Source: Candidatus Altimarinota bacterium | GTDB lineage: Bacteria > Patescibacteriota > Gracilibacteria > CAIRYL01 | Length of the DNA stretch: 64,000 bases | Direction of reading: 5' to 3' | Assembly (NCBI GenBank): GCA_041739085.1 | Contig: JBGSON010000014.1 | Coordinates: 13,410 to 77,409, forward strand | In this document: one piece after another, positions 43,987 through 52,472 of the stretch | How the letters are laid out: every line of letters starts with the position of its first letter | Position numbering within the stretch: position 1 is the first letter of the stretch | Made by a program: the position numbers and the translations under genes | Notes under the pieces: generated by a model | What the model saw: the letters and a program-made list of their open reading frames with translations, nothing else | Database searches by the model: none | Told to the model about the DNA's origin: nothing

Positions 43987-45427
43987 CGAGAAATTCGGAA
44001 AAAGATTGAAGTACTTCCTCAGTGTTGGGCGCAGGAGTCGTCCGTTTCTCATCGAGGAGCGAGGAAACAGTATTGTTGAACAGCTTTCTGAATTCCAGAG
44101 TATAGAGTTCTTGTCCAGTCACTCCATACGAAGCGTTCTCCGGTATGAGTGCAGAATTGGGAATATTTTTCAGGAGTGATGTGAGCCGGGTTTTCAGAAA
44201 ATGCTGCTTCGATTTTCTCTCATCGCTCAGTGAAGTAATGATAGCCCACGCGAAATCGCCATTTCCTGTGTCTTTGGACACCGCAAATCCCCACACATCC
44301 CCGAGGGTGACCGGGCTTTCTGTATCGAACTGGGGAACGAGGTGGAACTGGATATCATTTTCGACAAGATGCCCTTTCTCAGTCGTCTTCCTCAGGAGGT
44401 CTATGATGTCATAGTAGGTGCTCTCATCTCCAAAGATCACAGCGATCTTCTCATCAATGAAGAGTTCAATATCGCTTTTTTCCTTTTCCATGCCCCTCTG
44501 ATCCTTCCCCATGGAAAGAATGAATTCCAGTGATTCCTGAGCAGGTTGGTCCTCGAGAGATATACTTCCGGACTGCTGAAGGAGAAGGAGGAAAACATCG
44601 AATGTATAGGGAAAATTCTTCGGATCCCCAAGGGCGATGGGAACAACTGTCTTTGATCCATATCGCATATAATTTGTTTTATTCGAGAAAAGGTCTTTCC
44701 ATGTTTTCCCAGGCTTCGATGCGACAAATATCCGTGGGTCTCCGAGAAGAGATGCATTTGAATACATCATGAGGAAGTGTCCAAATAGCGGAGCCGCCCA
44801 CACCTGGTCATGATGAACGAATGTTTCCGCTATGGGGTGGAAGTATGTCGTGATTTCCAGCGGATGGAGAATGGAATGAGGAGCCGGAGTGAGTTCTCCT
44901 TCATAGAGTAACTCCTCAAATAATTCAGTGTTCACGAGGAAAATATCCGGGATTTCATTGTTGAGAAAGGCCTTTCTCAATTCTGTGACATAGGTCCCTT
45001 CATCCCTGAATGTCCGGATCTTGAGGGAGATATCCGGATATGCAGATTGAAAATTCTCAAAATCAGATCGGAATACCTCCTCAGTCTCGCTCAAAAGAAA
45101 GAGCGTGAGAGACAGTTTTTCATCTCCGGGGATAAATTTTTCCAGATCTTCCTTTATAAATGGCTTTGCAGGATCGAAGAAGGGAATATCTCCATTCTCG
45201 CTGGATGAATCGCCATCTGTTCCGGATGGGAAGAACAGAGCCTCAAAAACCGGCCGGATGAAGGCAAAAGGGAAAGGGGCCAATTCAAAGAGCCTCGTGC
45301 GGATAACTCCCGAATTTGTTCCTGCTTGAAGAGGAGATGCTCCGCACTCTGACGGGACCCCGATGATCGGATGAACAATCATGAGGAGAGCAAAAAGCCG
45401 GATCAGGATTTTCTGAAGGATTCTCAT
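43943..45427 (-). CDS. extracellular solute-binding-protein-like protein (ABC SBP family 1-like) with a signal peptide
   Basis: MRILQKILIRLFALLMIVHPIIG signal. ISLKIRTFRDEGTYVTELRKAFLNNEIPDIFLV and WGFAVSKDTGNGDFAWAIITSL resemble MalE-type SBPs. Confidence 0.55.
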   Translation of the reverse strand: MRILQKILIRLFALLMIVHPIIGVPSECGASPLQAGTNSGVIRTRLFELAPFPFAFIRPVFEALFFPSGTDGDSSSENGDIPFFDPAKPFIKEDLEKFIPGDEKLSLTLFLLSETEEVFRSDFENFQSAYPDISLKIRTFRDEGTYVTELRKAFLNNEIPDIFLVNTELFEELLYEGELTPAPHSILHPLEITTYFHPIAETFVHHDQVWAAPLFGHFLMMYSNASLLGDPRIFVASKPGKTWKDLFSNKTNYMRYGSKTVVPIALGDPKNFPYTFDVFLLLLQQSGSISLEDQPAQESLEFILSMGKDQRGMEKEKSDIELFIDEKIAVIFGDESTYYDIIDLLRKTTEKGHLVENDIQFHLVPQFDTESPVTLGDVWGFAVSKDTGNGDFAWAIITSLSDERKSKQHFLKTRLTSLLKNIPNSALIPENASYGVTGQELYTLEFRKLFNNTVSSLLDEKRTTPAPNTEEVLQSFSEFLDDKTSGRENAAPDA

Positions 45428-46155
45428 TCTGAGGATTCAAGGAGTTTTTCGGAGAGAAACGCGCGTGCTGCTTCGAGAGCAAGTATGTTTTTTGCATACG
45501 GCATCCGCATGGGGCCGAGGATCCCGATGATGCCTTTAAAATCTAGGATGGAATAACGAAAGGTGATGAGAGAGCATTCCCGGATATCTTCGAGATAGAT
45601 CTCAGGACCGATAAAGAGAGAGATTTCTTCCGTGATGTTCATTCCCTGAAGTGCTTCGTAGAGATCGACTTCCAGCACACTGATGATTTTTGCGGCTAAA
45701 CTGACATCTCCGGAGAGCTCGGGTTCTTTCAATACGTTCGAAATGCCGAGGAAGAATGTCCTCTTGGAGCTCGGGACTGTTGCGAAGGCAATATTTGGAG
45801 TGATCTTGGTAAGGATGGAAATGGCATCAAAAACTCTTTGATCTGCCATGCGTCCCTTCAATTGCTTCTTCCTCTCCTCTGAGAATTCTTCATAGACCTT
45901 TCTCCTCTGCTCTTGGGGTATATCAAGACCTTCAACGTAGAACCGGTATCCCGATGCAGTCGGGATCCTTCCCGCAGATGTATGCGGATGCCTGAGGAAT
46001 CCCTCGTCCTCAAGATTTGCCATTTCATTTCTGATCGTTGCCGCGGACACCTCCATTTTTTCGATATCATGAATACACTTTGATCCTACCGGAGAAGCGG
46101 TCTGGATAAAACAACGCACGATCGCCTTCAGAATGCTTGCTTTTCTTTCTTTCAC
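45424..46155 (-). CDS. hrcA: heat-inducible transcription repressor HrcA (short, 243 aa)
   Basis: RKASILKAIVRCFIQTASPVGSK, SAATIRNEMANLEDEGFLRHPHTSAGRIPT, GILGPMRMPYAKNI. GTG start. 4-nt overlap with the next gene. Confidence 0.85.
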   Translation of the reverse strand: MKERKASILKAIVRCFIQTASPVGSKCIHDIEKMEVSAATIRNEMANLEDEGFLRHPHTSAGRIPTASGYRFYVEGLDIPQEQRRKVYEEFSEERKKQLKGRMADQRVFDAISILTKITPNIAFATVPSSKRTFFLGISNVLKEPELSGDVSLAAKIISVLEVDLYEALQGMNITEEISLFIGPEIYLEDIRECSLITFRYSILDFKGIIGILGPMRMPYAKNILALEAARAFLSEKLLESSE

Positions 46156-46164
46156 ATCCCAATA

Positions 46165-46191
46165 TTAGCGCATTGCCCGAGAGAGTGCCAA
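46165..46191 (-). promoter_or_regulatory. degenerate CIRCE-like operator
   Basis: The minus strand reads TTGGCACTC-N9-ATGCGCTAA, against the consensus TTAGCACTC-N9-GAGTGCTAA. The left arm matches 8/9 and the right arm 6/9. It lies 10 nt upstream of the hrcA start. Confidence 0.45.
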
Positions 46192-46239
46192 TATTTTTTA
46201 TCAGCTCATGACACGATCCTGATCCCTCAAAAAATCATG

Positions 46240-46269
46240 TTGTATTGCAGTATTAAAAATTCGTACAAT
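46240..46269 (+). promoter_or_regulatory. sigma-70-like promoter for trxA
   Basis: TTGTAT-(18 nt)-TACAAT, ending 29 nt upstream of the trxA ATG. Confidence 0.35.
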
Positions 46270-46298
46270 ATGAATACAGTCACTTTCATAATTCTCTT

Positions 46299-46616
46299 AT
46301 GGCTCATATATTTACTGACGACAATTTTCAGAAAGAGGTCCTGGATTCAGATATTCCGGTCCTCGTTGATTTCTGGGCTCCCTGGTGCGGTCCGTGCCAG
46401 ATGATGGGACCGGTCGTGGAACAGCTGGCGAAAGAACTGGATGGGAAGATAAAAATCGGGAAGCTTGATGTCGAGGAGAGCCCGGAGACTGCAGCAAAAT
46501 ATCAGATCATGAGCATTCCGGCATTCAAAATCTTCAAGGGCGGAGAAGTCGTCGAGGAAATGGTCGGTGCAATGAGCGGAGATGTTCTCAGGGGCAAGCT
46601 CAACGCGCACCTCTAA
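46299..46616 (+). CDS. trxA: thioredoxin
   Basis: VLVDFWAPWCGPCQMMGP active site. 105 aa. Confidence 0.9.
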   Translation: MAHIFTDDNFQKEVLDSDIPVLVDFWAPWCGPCQMMGPVVEQLAKELDGKIKIGKLDVEESPETAAKYQIMSIPAFKIFKGGEVVEEMVGAMSGDVLRGKLNAHL

Positions 46617-46671
46617 AACCATCACATCCGATTGATTCGGGTTCGCTCAGAGTGGTTTTCTCCGTGTATTT

Positions 46672-49056
46672 TTATACTGGATTTTTTCTTTGATGCTGAT
46701 TTTTTGATTCTTTCCCGCTCTCTTCTTTCTCACCACTCCATTTCCGGATCTTGTCTTCAATTATCTTTCGTTCGACTCCATACTTCTCACGTGAAAGGCG
46801 GAATATTTTTTCAATCGACTCTGCGTCGGCTTCGACGGTTAGCGGAGGAAAGGTCGACGCAGAAAACACCGGCGTCGGAAGTCCGTCGATGAGGAGCCGG
46901 AGATAGATCGCTCCCCTTGAGAGGCTGACGAGATCCGCCGCTTCCACTTTCTCGGAATACTGTTTCATGAGCGCTTCTGCATCCTCAAAACCGACCTGGA
47001 AGGAGATGAGCGTCCCGACGTTCCCGAATATGGCATCCCGCACCATCTCGTTCATCTGAGCGATATACTGATTCGCCATGATAAGCGCGAGCTTGTATTT
47101 TCTTGCTTCGGAGAGGATGGATGCAAAACTTTCGGTGGCAAAATTCTGGAATTCATCGATGAAGAGATAAAAATCCCTTCGCTCGTCATGCGGGATGTCT
47201 GCGCGGCTCATCGCTTCTATCTGAAACTTTGTGATGAGCACTGATCCGAGGAGCATAGAGACATCCTCTCCGATCTTTCCTTTCGAGAGATTGATGATGA
47301 GGATCTTCCCTTTGTCCATCACCCATCGCAAATGAAATTTGGATTTGATCTGTCCGAGGATGTTTCTGAGGATCGGATTTCCGAGGAACTGACCCACTTT
47401 ATTGAGGATCGGGCTGATCCACTCTGTTCTCGTCCTCTCCTGGAGCGGTTCAAACTCATTTTCCCAGAAATCTTTGAGGATCGGGTCATCGAGCTGATTC
47501 AGACACTGCTTTCTGAATGCTTTATTCGTCAGTATCTTCGGGATGGCGAGGATGCTCACGTCATTGCAGTGGAGCAGGGTGAGGATCGTGTTTCTTAAAA
47601 TATGTTCTAGTCGCGGGCCCCAGCTCTCCGCATAGAGCTTTTTAAATACTCCGACGAGACCTGATGCGATCGTGCTCCTCTCTTTTTCATCTTTGCACTC
47701 CATGATGTTATAGGAGATGGGGTAGTCGACGTCAGACGGGTCAAAGTGGATCACATCATTGATACGGCTTTTCGGGACGAAATGGAGCGCTCGTTCTGCA
47801 AGATCTCCGTGCGGATCAATAACAGCGATCCCCTTTCCTGACTGCATGGCATCGAAGATCATGTTTTCGAGGAGTGTTGTTTTTCCCATACCGGTCCTTC
47901 CGATGATGTAGACATGCCTCAGGATGTCCTTCTCCTGGAGTCCGAAGGGGATCCTCCGGGAATGATGGTTAGAAGCTCCAATTTTCAGGATCGCATTCTT
48001 CATGGTAATGGTCGCCGGCGGCTCGATCTTCCGGAATGAACTCCATGTGAGCTTGGGGATTTCCAGTTCACCGAGGGGAACATGGATGAGGCTCGCGAGT
48101 TCTTCCGTGCTGAAAATATTCGATTTCTTCGCCACTTCTCTTGTGAGGAACTCTTCGATGGATTTCAGGGGCTTCATGGGAGTTGGCTCGAGTCTCCCGA
48201 GCTGGGGATCGTTGAAGGTAAGGAGTGATGTTGCTATGGATTGGTATATGGACTCTGCATCCTCCTTTGCTCCTTTTGTCGCTACGAGGATCCTCATATT
48301 CACCCGGAAGAGTTTCTTCAGAAGTTTATCTGCCGCTCGTGAATATTCGAATGAAACGGTGCTTTTTTTCGTCTCATCCCCTTCGACGTTCTGCGAACTG
48401 GAGACTCTCGTCGCTCTCTGCCCTGCTACGACTTCCTTTCCCTTCCGGAATCCGTGGAGCGCCCAGATGAAATAGGCAAGTTTTCCGAACGCATCCTGTC
48501 TCGTATATGAGCGGAGAAAGGGCTTCTCAAGCATCCAGTAGAGTCCTTGTGCTATCGTGATCCCCTTGAGTCCCCTCTTTGCGACTTTTTGGGAACAGGA
48601 GCTGCAGGAGATCTGGAGTGATATGATGTCATCCGGAGATTCGATGTTCGAGAAAGCGGAAAGAACAGGCTTCAGCGTGTCATGGTATTTCTTCATCTCC
48701 TCAAGTCCGAAATCGACATATGACTTGATCGGAAAAACAAAAGACTCGCTCTGAAGGATCTCGCCTCCATAGACCTTCCTTTTCCCAATGCTGAGGAGGT
48801 AGTCTTTCGCTTCATGGATCTCGATCATGGGATATGCCGCAAGGATCTGGCTTCTCAGAAAGCTCTTGTTCTTGGTCGGGACGGAAAAAATAAGCGATAT
48901 GTAATCCTTATGCGCAACGATCTCAAACGAGAAACTGGCACACCGGTTTTTTTCATTTTGAAGTTCGTGGAGTGTCATGAGGAGATTTTCCGCAACTTTA
49001 AGCTCCGAAAGGTTCAGCTTCGAGAGCGTAAGCACGAGATGGGAAAGTTTCTCCAT
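46672..49056 (-). CDS. TraD/VirD4-family (T4SS coupling-protein-like) P-loop ATPase
   Basis: Walker A IIGRTGMGKTTLL, IAVIDPHGDL, Walker B FYLFIDEFQNFAT, LIMANQY. The track start at 49077 is a TTG; the ATG is at 49056. I see no obvious N-terminal TM segments. Confidence 0.7.
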   Translation of the reverse strand: MEKLSHLVLTLSKLNLSELKVAENLLMTLHELQNEKNRCASFSFEIVAHKDYISLIFSVPTKNKSFLRSQILAAYPMIEIHEAKDYLLSIGKRKVYGGEILQSESFVFPIKSYVDFGLEEMKKYHDTLKPVLSAFSNIESPDDIISLQISCSSCSQKVAKRGLKGITIAQGLYWMLEKPFLRSYTRQDAFGKLAYFIWALHGFRKGKEVVAGQRATRVSSSQNVEGDETKKSTVSFEYSRAADKLLKKLFRVNMRILVATKGAKEDAESIYQSIATSLLTFNDPQLGRLEPTPMKPLKSIEEFLTREVAKKSNIFSTEELASLIHVPLGELEIPKLTWSSFRKIEPPATITMKNAILKIGASNHHSRRIPFGLQEKDILRHVYIIGRTGMGKTTLLENMIFDAMQSGKGIAVIDPHGDLAERALHFVPKSRINDVIHFDPSDVDYPISYNIMECKDEKERSTIASGLVGVFKKLYAESWGPRLEHILRNTILTLLHCNDVSILAIPKILTNKAFRKQCLNQLDDPILKDFWENEFEPLQERTRTEWISPILNKVGQFLGNPILRNILGQIKSKFHLRWVMDKGKILIINLSKGKIGEDVSMLLGSVLITKFQIEAMSRADIPHDERRDFYLFIDEFQNFATESFASILSEARKYKLALIMANQYIAQMNEMVRDAIFGNVGTLISFQVGFEDAEALMKQYSEKVEAADLVSLSRGAIYLRLLIDGLPTPVFSASTFPPLTVEADAESIEKIFRLSREKYGVERKIIEDKIRKWSGEKEESGKESKNQHQRKNPV

Positions 49057-49278
49057 GGAAATGGTGTGACTTCTCAATGGTGAAGTATAGCAAATATCCC
49101 CTTTTTTACAATGAAGGAAGAAGCTGCAAGCACAAAACAGAAAAGAGCTTAGAGTGACTTGCTGATAACTACAGGGGGCCTCCTCGGCGCTTGAGTGCTT
49201 GCTCGCTTCAATGCCCGCAGAGTCAAACTCTTCTATGCATCCAACGAGACTTTACGAACTTTACAAACCTTATGAACG

Positions 49279-49815
49279 TTATGCTTCATCGATCGCTTCG
49301 TTCGAAAGCAAATCAGCAAGTGTGTTTTCTTCTCGCGGGATATGATGGAATGAGATCTTCTGGAATCGAGACGCGAGGATCTTCACTTTTTCAGACAGGG
49401 GTTTTAAATCCGGATGCTTGATCCGATACACTCCCTTCATCTGCTTCACCACGAGCTCAGAATCAAGGAAACACCGCACACTCGTCGCACCAAGTGTAAC
49501 TGCATTTTCGAGCGCAGAGAGAAGAGCAGACCATTCCGCTACATTATTCGTCGTGATCCCCAGAGGCTTTTTTCCCTTCATGATGATCTTCCCGCCTGAG
49601 TCCATAATGGCAAATCCGGCTCCGCTGGGCCCGGGATTTCCGCGCGACGCGCCATCCGAATAAATATCGACCGCTTTGCGCTGATCGGAAAAGCTTTCCT
49701 CGACATGAAGGACAGGAATCTTCAACCCATGCCTCTTCAGGGAATCTCCCCTCTTTTCAGGCGGAATATCCATGAGGAAGTCTGCTATATCGTCGGGGAG
49801 TTCGACCGATTTCAT
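49279..49815 (-). CDS. rnhA: ribonuclease HI-family protein with an N-terminal extension of about 45 aa
   Basis: IYSDGASRGNPGPSGAGF, TNNVAEWSALLSALE, DSELVVKQM, REENTLADLLSNEA. Confidence 0.85.
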   Translation of the reverse strand: MKSVELPDDIADFLMDIPPEKRGDSLKRHGLKIPVLHVEESFSDQRKAVDIYSDGASRGNPGPSGAGFAIMDSGGKIIMKGKKPLGITTNNVAEWSALLSALENAVTLGATSVRCFLDSELVVKQMKGVYRIKHPDLKPLSEKVKILASRFQKISFHHIPREENTLADLLSNEAIDEA

Positions 49816-49824
49816 GGAGAGAGA

Positions 49825-52077
49825 TTATTCTTCCGAGTGCGAAAGGAGGAGCCACTTCTTCTTGGAGAATCTTGGAGTGATGAGCGTCTCAATGAGAGTT
49901 TTTGTCACCGTGATCGCCGTGAGCATCGAAATCACAATTCCCATGGCAAGAGCGACCGCAAACCCCTTGATCACAGAAGAGCCGAAAACCCAAAGGATCA
50001 TGCAGGTGATGAGAGAAGAAAGGTTGGAATCACGAATCGAGCTCCAGGCTCTTTCAAAACCGATCTGTGCAGAAACGGAAAAATTCTTCCCCGCCCGGAT
50101 CTCTTCCTTCATCCTCTCAAAAATGAGAATGTTTGCATCAACGGCCATACCGATAGAAAGGACGATCCCGGATACGCCGGCAAGGGTGAGAACAATGGGG
50201 CTGTACGCGATGAAAGTGACCATGATCCCCAGGATCATTGCGATGAACAATGATAAAAAGTCGCTTTTTTCAAAGGTCGAAAACGACTTCAAGCTCACCA
50301 TGAAGACGGCAATTCCAAGGATAGACGCCCAGCCGAACGGGATGCTCGCCTGAAGGAGGAAAAAGATGGTGAGAGCATAGAATCCGAGCGCAAGATCTGC
50401 GATGAATCCGAGAAACCGATAGAAGAGGATCATCCAGAGGGAAAGGATGAGAAATCCGATGAATCCTGCTCTCAGAGATTTTTCAAGAGCGGTCGAACCG
50501 AGGAAAGAACCGATTTTATATTGTCCTTTTTCTACGAATGGAGCGGGGGTCGATCCTCCGTTCAATTCCTTTGCAAGACGGACCGCTTCCTTCTGTGCTT
50601 CCTGAAAATTGGACATACCGAGAGTGATCACTGCAGATCCGCCTGATATCTTCTCCTGAACGGTGGGGGCAGAGACGAGGACCCCGCCGACAAAGATCGC
50701 GACCTGTTTTCCGACATTCTCTTCTGTGATTTTTTCAAACAAAATCGCTCCTTCGTCGTTGAAGAGAATCTCGACGATCGGCCTGCTTGTCGTCGGATCC
50801 GTTGCGGCGCGCGCTCTTTTGAACTGCATTCCGCCGAGTTCCGTGTCTTTCCATCCTGAAAGATCAAAACCGAATGAGAGCTCAGAAAGCGTGACCTGCT
50901 CTTCCTTTTCCGTATAGGTTTTTGGATCCAGTCTTGTCTTGATCGCATCGATCTTCTCCCGGGCGCTCTCCGTTGTCTTTGAAATATAGATCCCCGTTGC
51001 CCTCATCTCGATCTCATTCTCTTTCGGTGCGAGGATCTTGAAGATCGCGAACTCGGTGTCGTTTTCGACAACTTTTGAAATCTGGCCTGCATTGAGTTCG
51101 ACGAGCGAATCGTCGGAGAACGACTCCATGATCGAGAGAAGCTTCGGATAATCGTATTCCGGTGATGGAGGGGGTGAGCCCGCTTCAGAAGAAATCGCCT
51201 CTTCCAGTGTCATGAGAGGGATTGCATCAGAGCGCTCCGATGTCTCTTTCTGAACATCTTCAAAGACTTCTCCGGGATCGGTTTTCTCATGATCCGCCAT
51301 TTCCCTTTTTTCGACTTTCACCACGACATAGTCAATATTCTCGACCATAGTGTACGATCCCTGAGCGTCCTGGAGGAAAGTGTTCATTTTTCGCTCGATG
51401 ACGCGGGGAATGATCGCACCCGGCTCAGTGTTTCCGATCTCAGCCGCCGCATCCGCATCAAAGGAGGTCTCGAGAGCTGATTTCCAGTACTGTTTATTCT
51501 CTGTATAGAGAGCGTATTCCTTTCCATTCTGGAACTTTGCCTTGTCACTGAAATTCTCAGCGTTTACGTCCGCGAGGAATTTTCCGGCATTCTCCTGAAG
51601 AGACGTCTTTTCCTCAGGAGTAGGAGTTTGACTCCCCTTCACCTTGAATTTGAGATCGATCACGGCGCTCAGTTTTTCCTGTGTGTCTTCGTTGTCCAGA
51701 TCGCTCGTAATCTCTACAACGACATATTTTTCCTCATTGTATGCTGAAGCATATATGTTCAACTCTCTTGTTCCCTGCGGATCGATCCTGTTTCTCAGGA
51801 TATCTCTGATGTTATCGATGACTTCCGATTCACTCCGATCGTTGTCCGGGTCGTCGTCGTTGTTTCTCTTTTTCACTTCAGTGAGATCCACGAGATAGGT
51901 GATCTGCCTTCCTCCCACGAGATCAAGCCCGAAATTCGGTTTTTTCGTCATCAGGTTTTCCCTAATCTTCTGAAAGGGGATCTTCTCCTTTGCCGTGTTC
52001 GGCATGACATAGATCATCATCGCCGCAACAATAAGGATGAGGGTCACGGACGAGAAAATTCGGTGAGAGAGTTTCAT
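49825..52077 (-). CDS. secD: protein translocase subunit SecD (enlarged periplasmic region)
   Basis: FGLDLVGGRQITY, IRDILRNRIDPQGTRE, C-terminal GMAVDANILIFERMKEE. The ATG at 52077 (MKLSHRIFSSVTLILIV) is preferred over the track start at 52167. Confidence 0.85.
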   Translation of the reverse strand: MKLSHRIFSSVTLILIVAAMMIYVMPNTAKEKIPFQKIRENLMTKKPNFGLDLVGGRQITYLVDLTEVKKRNNDDDPDNDRSESEVIDNIRDILRNRIDPQGTRELNIYASAYNEEKYVVVEITSDLDNEDTQEKLSAVIDLKFKVKGSQTPTPEEKTSLQENAGKFLADVNAENFSDKAKFQNGKEYALYTENKQYWKSALETSFDADAAAEIGNTEPGAIIPRVIERKMNTFLQDAQGSYTMVENIDYVVVKVEKREMADHEKTDPGEVFEDVQKETSERSDAIPLMTLEEAISSEAGSPPPSPEYDYPKLLSIMESFSDDSLVELNAGQISKVVENDTEFAIFKILAPKENEIEMRATGIYISKTTESAREKIDAIKTRLDPKTYTEKEEQVTLSELSFGFDLSGWKDTELGGMQFKRARAATDPTTSRPIVEILFNDEGAILFEKITEENVGKQVAIFVGGVLVSAPTVQEKISGGSAVITLGMSNFQEAQKEAVRLAKELNGGSTPAPFVEKGQYKIGSFLGSTALEKSLRAGFIGFLILSLWMILFYRFLGFIADLALGFYALTIFFLLQASIPFGWASILGIAVFMVSLKSFSTFEKSDFLSLFIAMILGIMVTFIAYSPIVLTLAGVSGIVLSIGMAVDANILIFERMKEEIRAGKNFSVSAQIGFERAWSSIRDSNLSSLITCMILWVFGSSVIKGFAVALAMGIVISMLTAITVTKTLIETLITPRFSKKKWLLLSHSEE

Positions 52078-52472
52078 AGGAAGTGTTTTCAGGAATAGGA
52101 AATTCTCCGGCATTCTTTCAAATAAACACTTTTTTCGCAAGAGAAATAGGACGAAAACAAAAAACACAAAAGAAAAATCAGAAAAGAAAAAAGTGAAAAC
52201 TAAAACGGGAAGAGAGAAAACACTGGAGGAATTGACGGCATGGTTTTCTTCTATGTTTTTCGCTTTTTGTCATTTTCTTGTTTCACTTCCATTTTCATAC
52301 CTCCCGCCATGGAATTTTTCCTGTTCCCAGAATGGTCGAAAAAGATGAGCAGCGCATGATCCGGGAAGAATATGAACTCTCAAAAAAAACGGACACCGAT
52401 GAGGAAAAGGAAGAAAACAATTCAGGTCATATTTCTTCTTTTTACTTTTGTGCTTATTCTTTTCTCTTTCTC

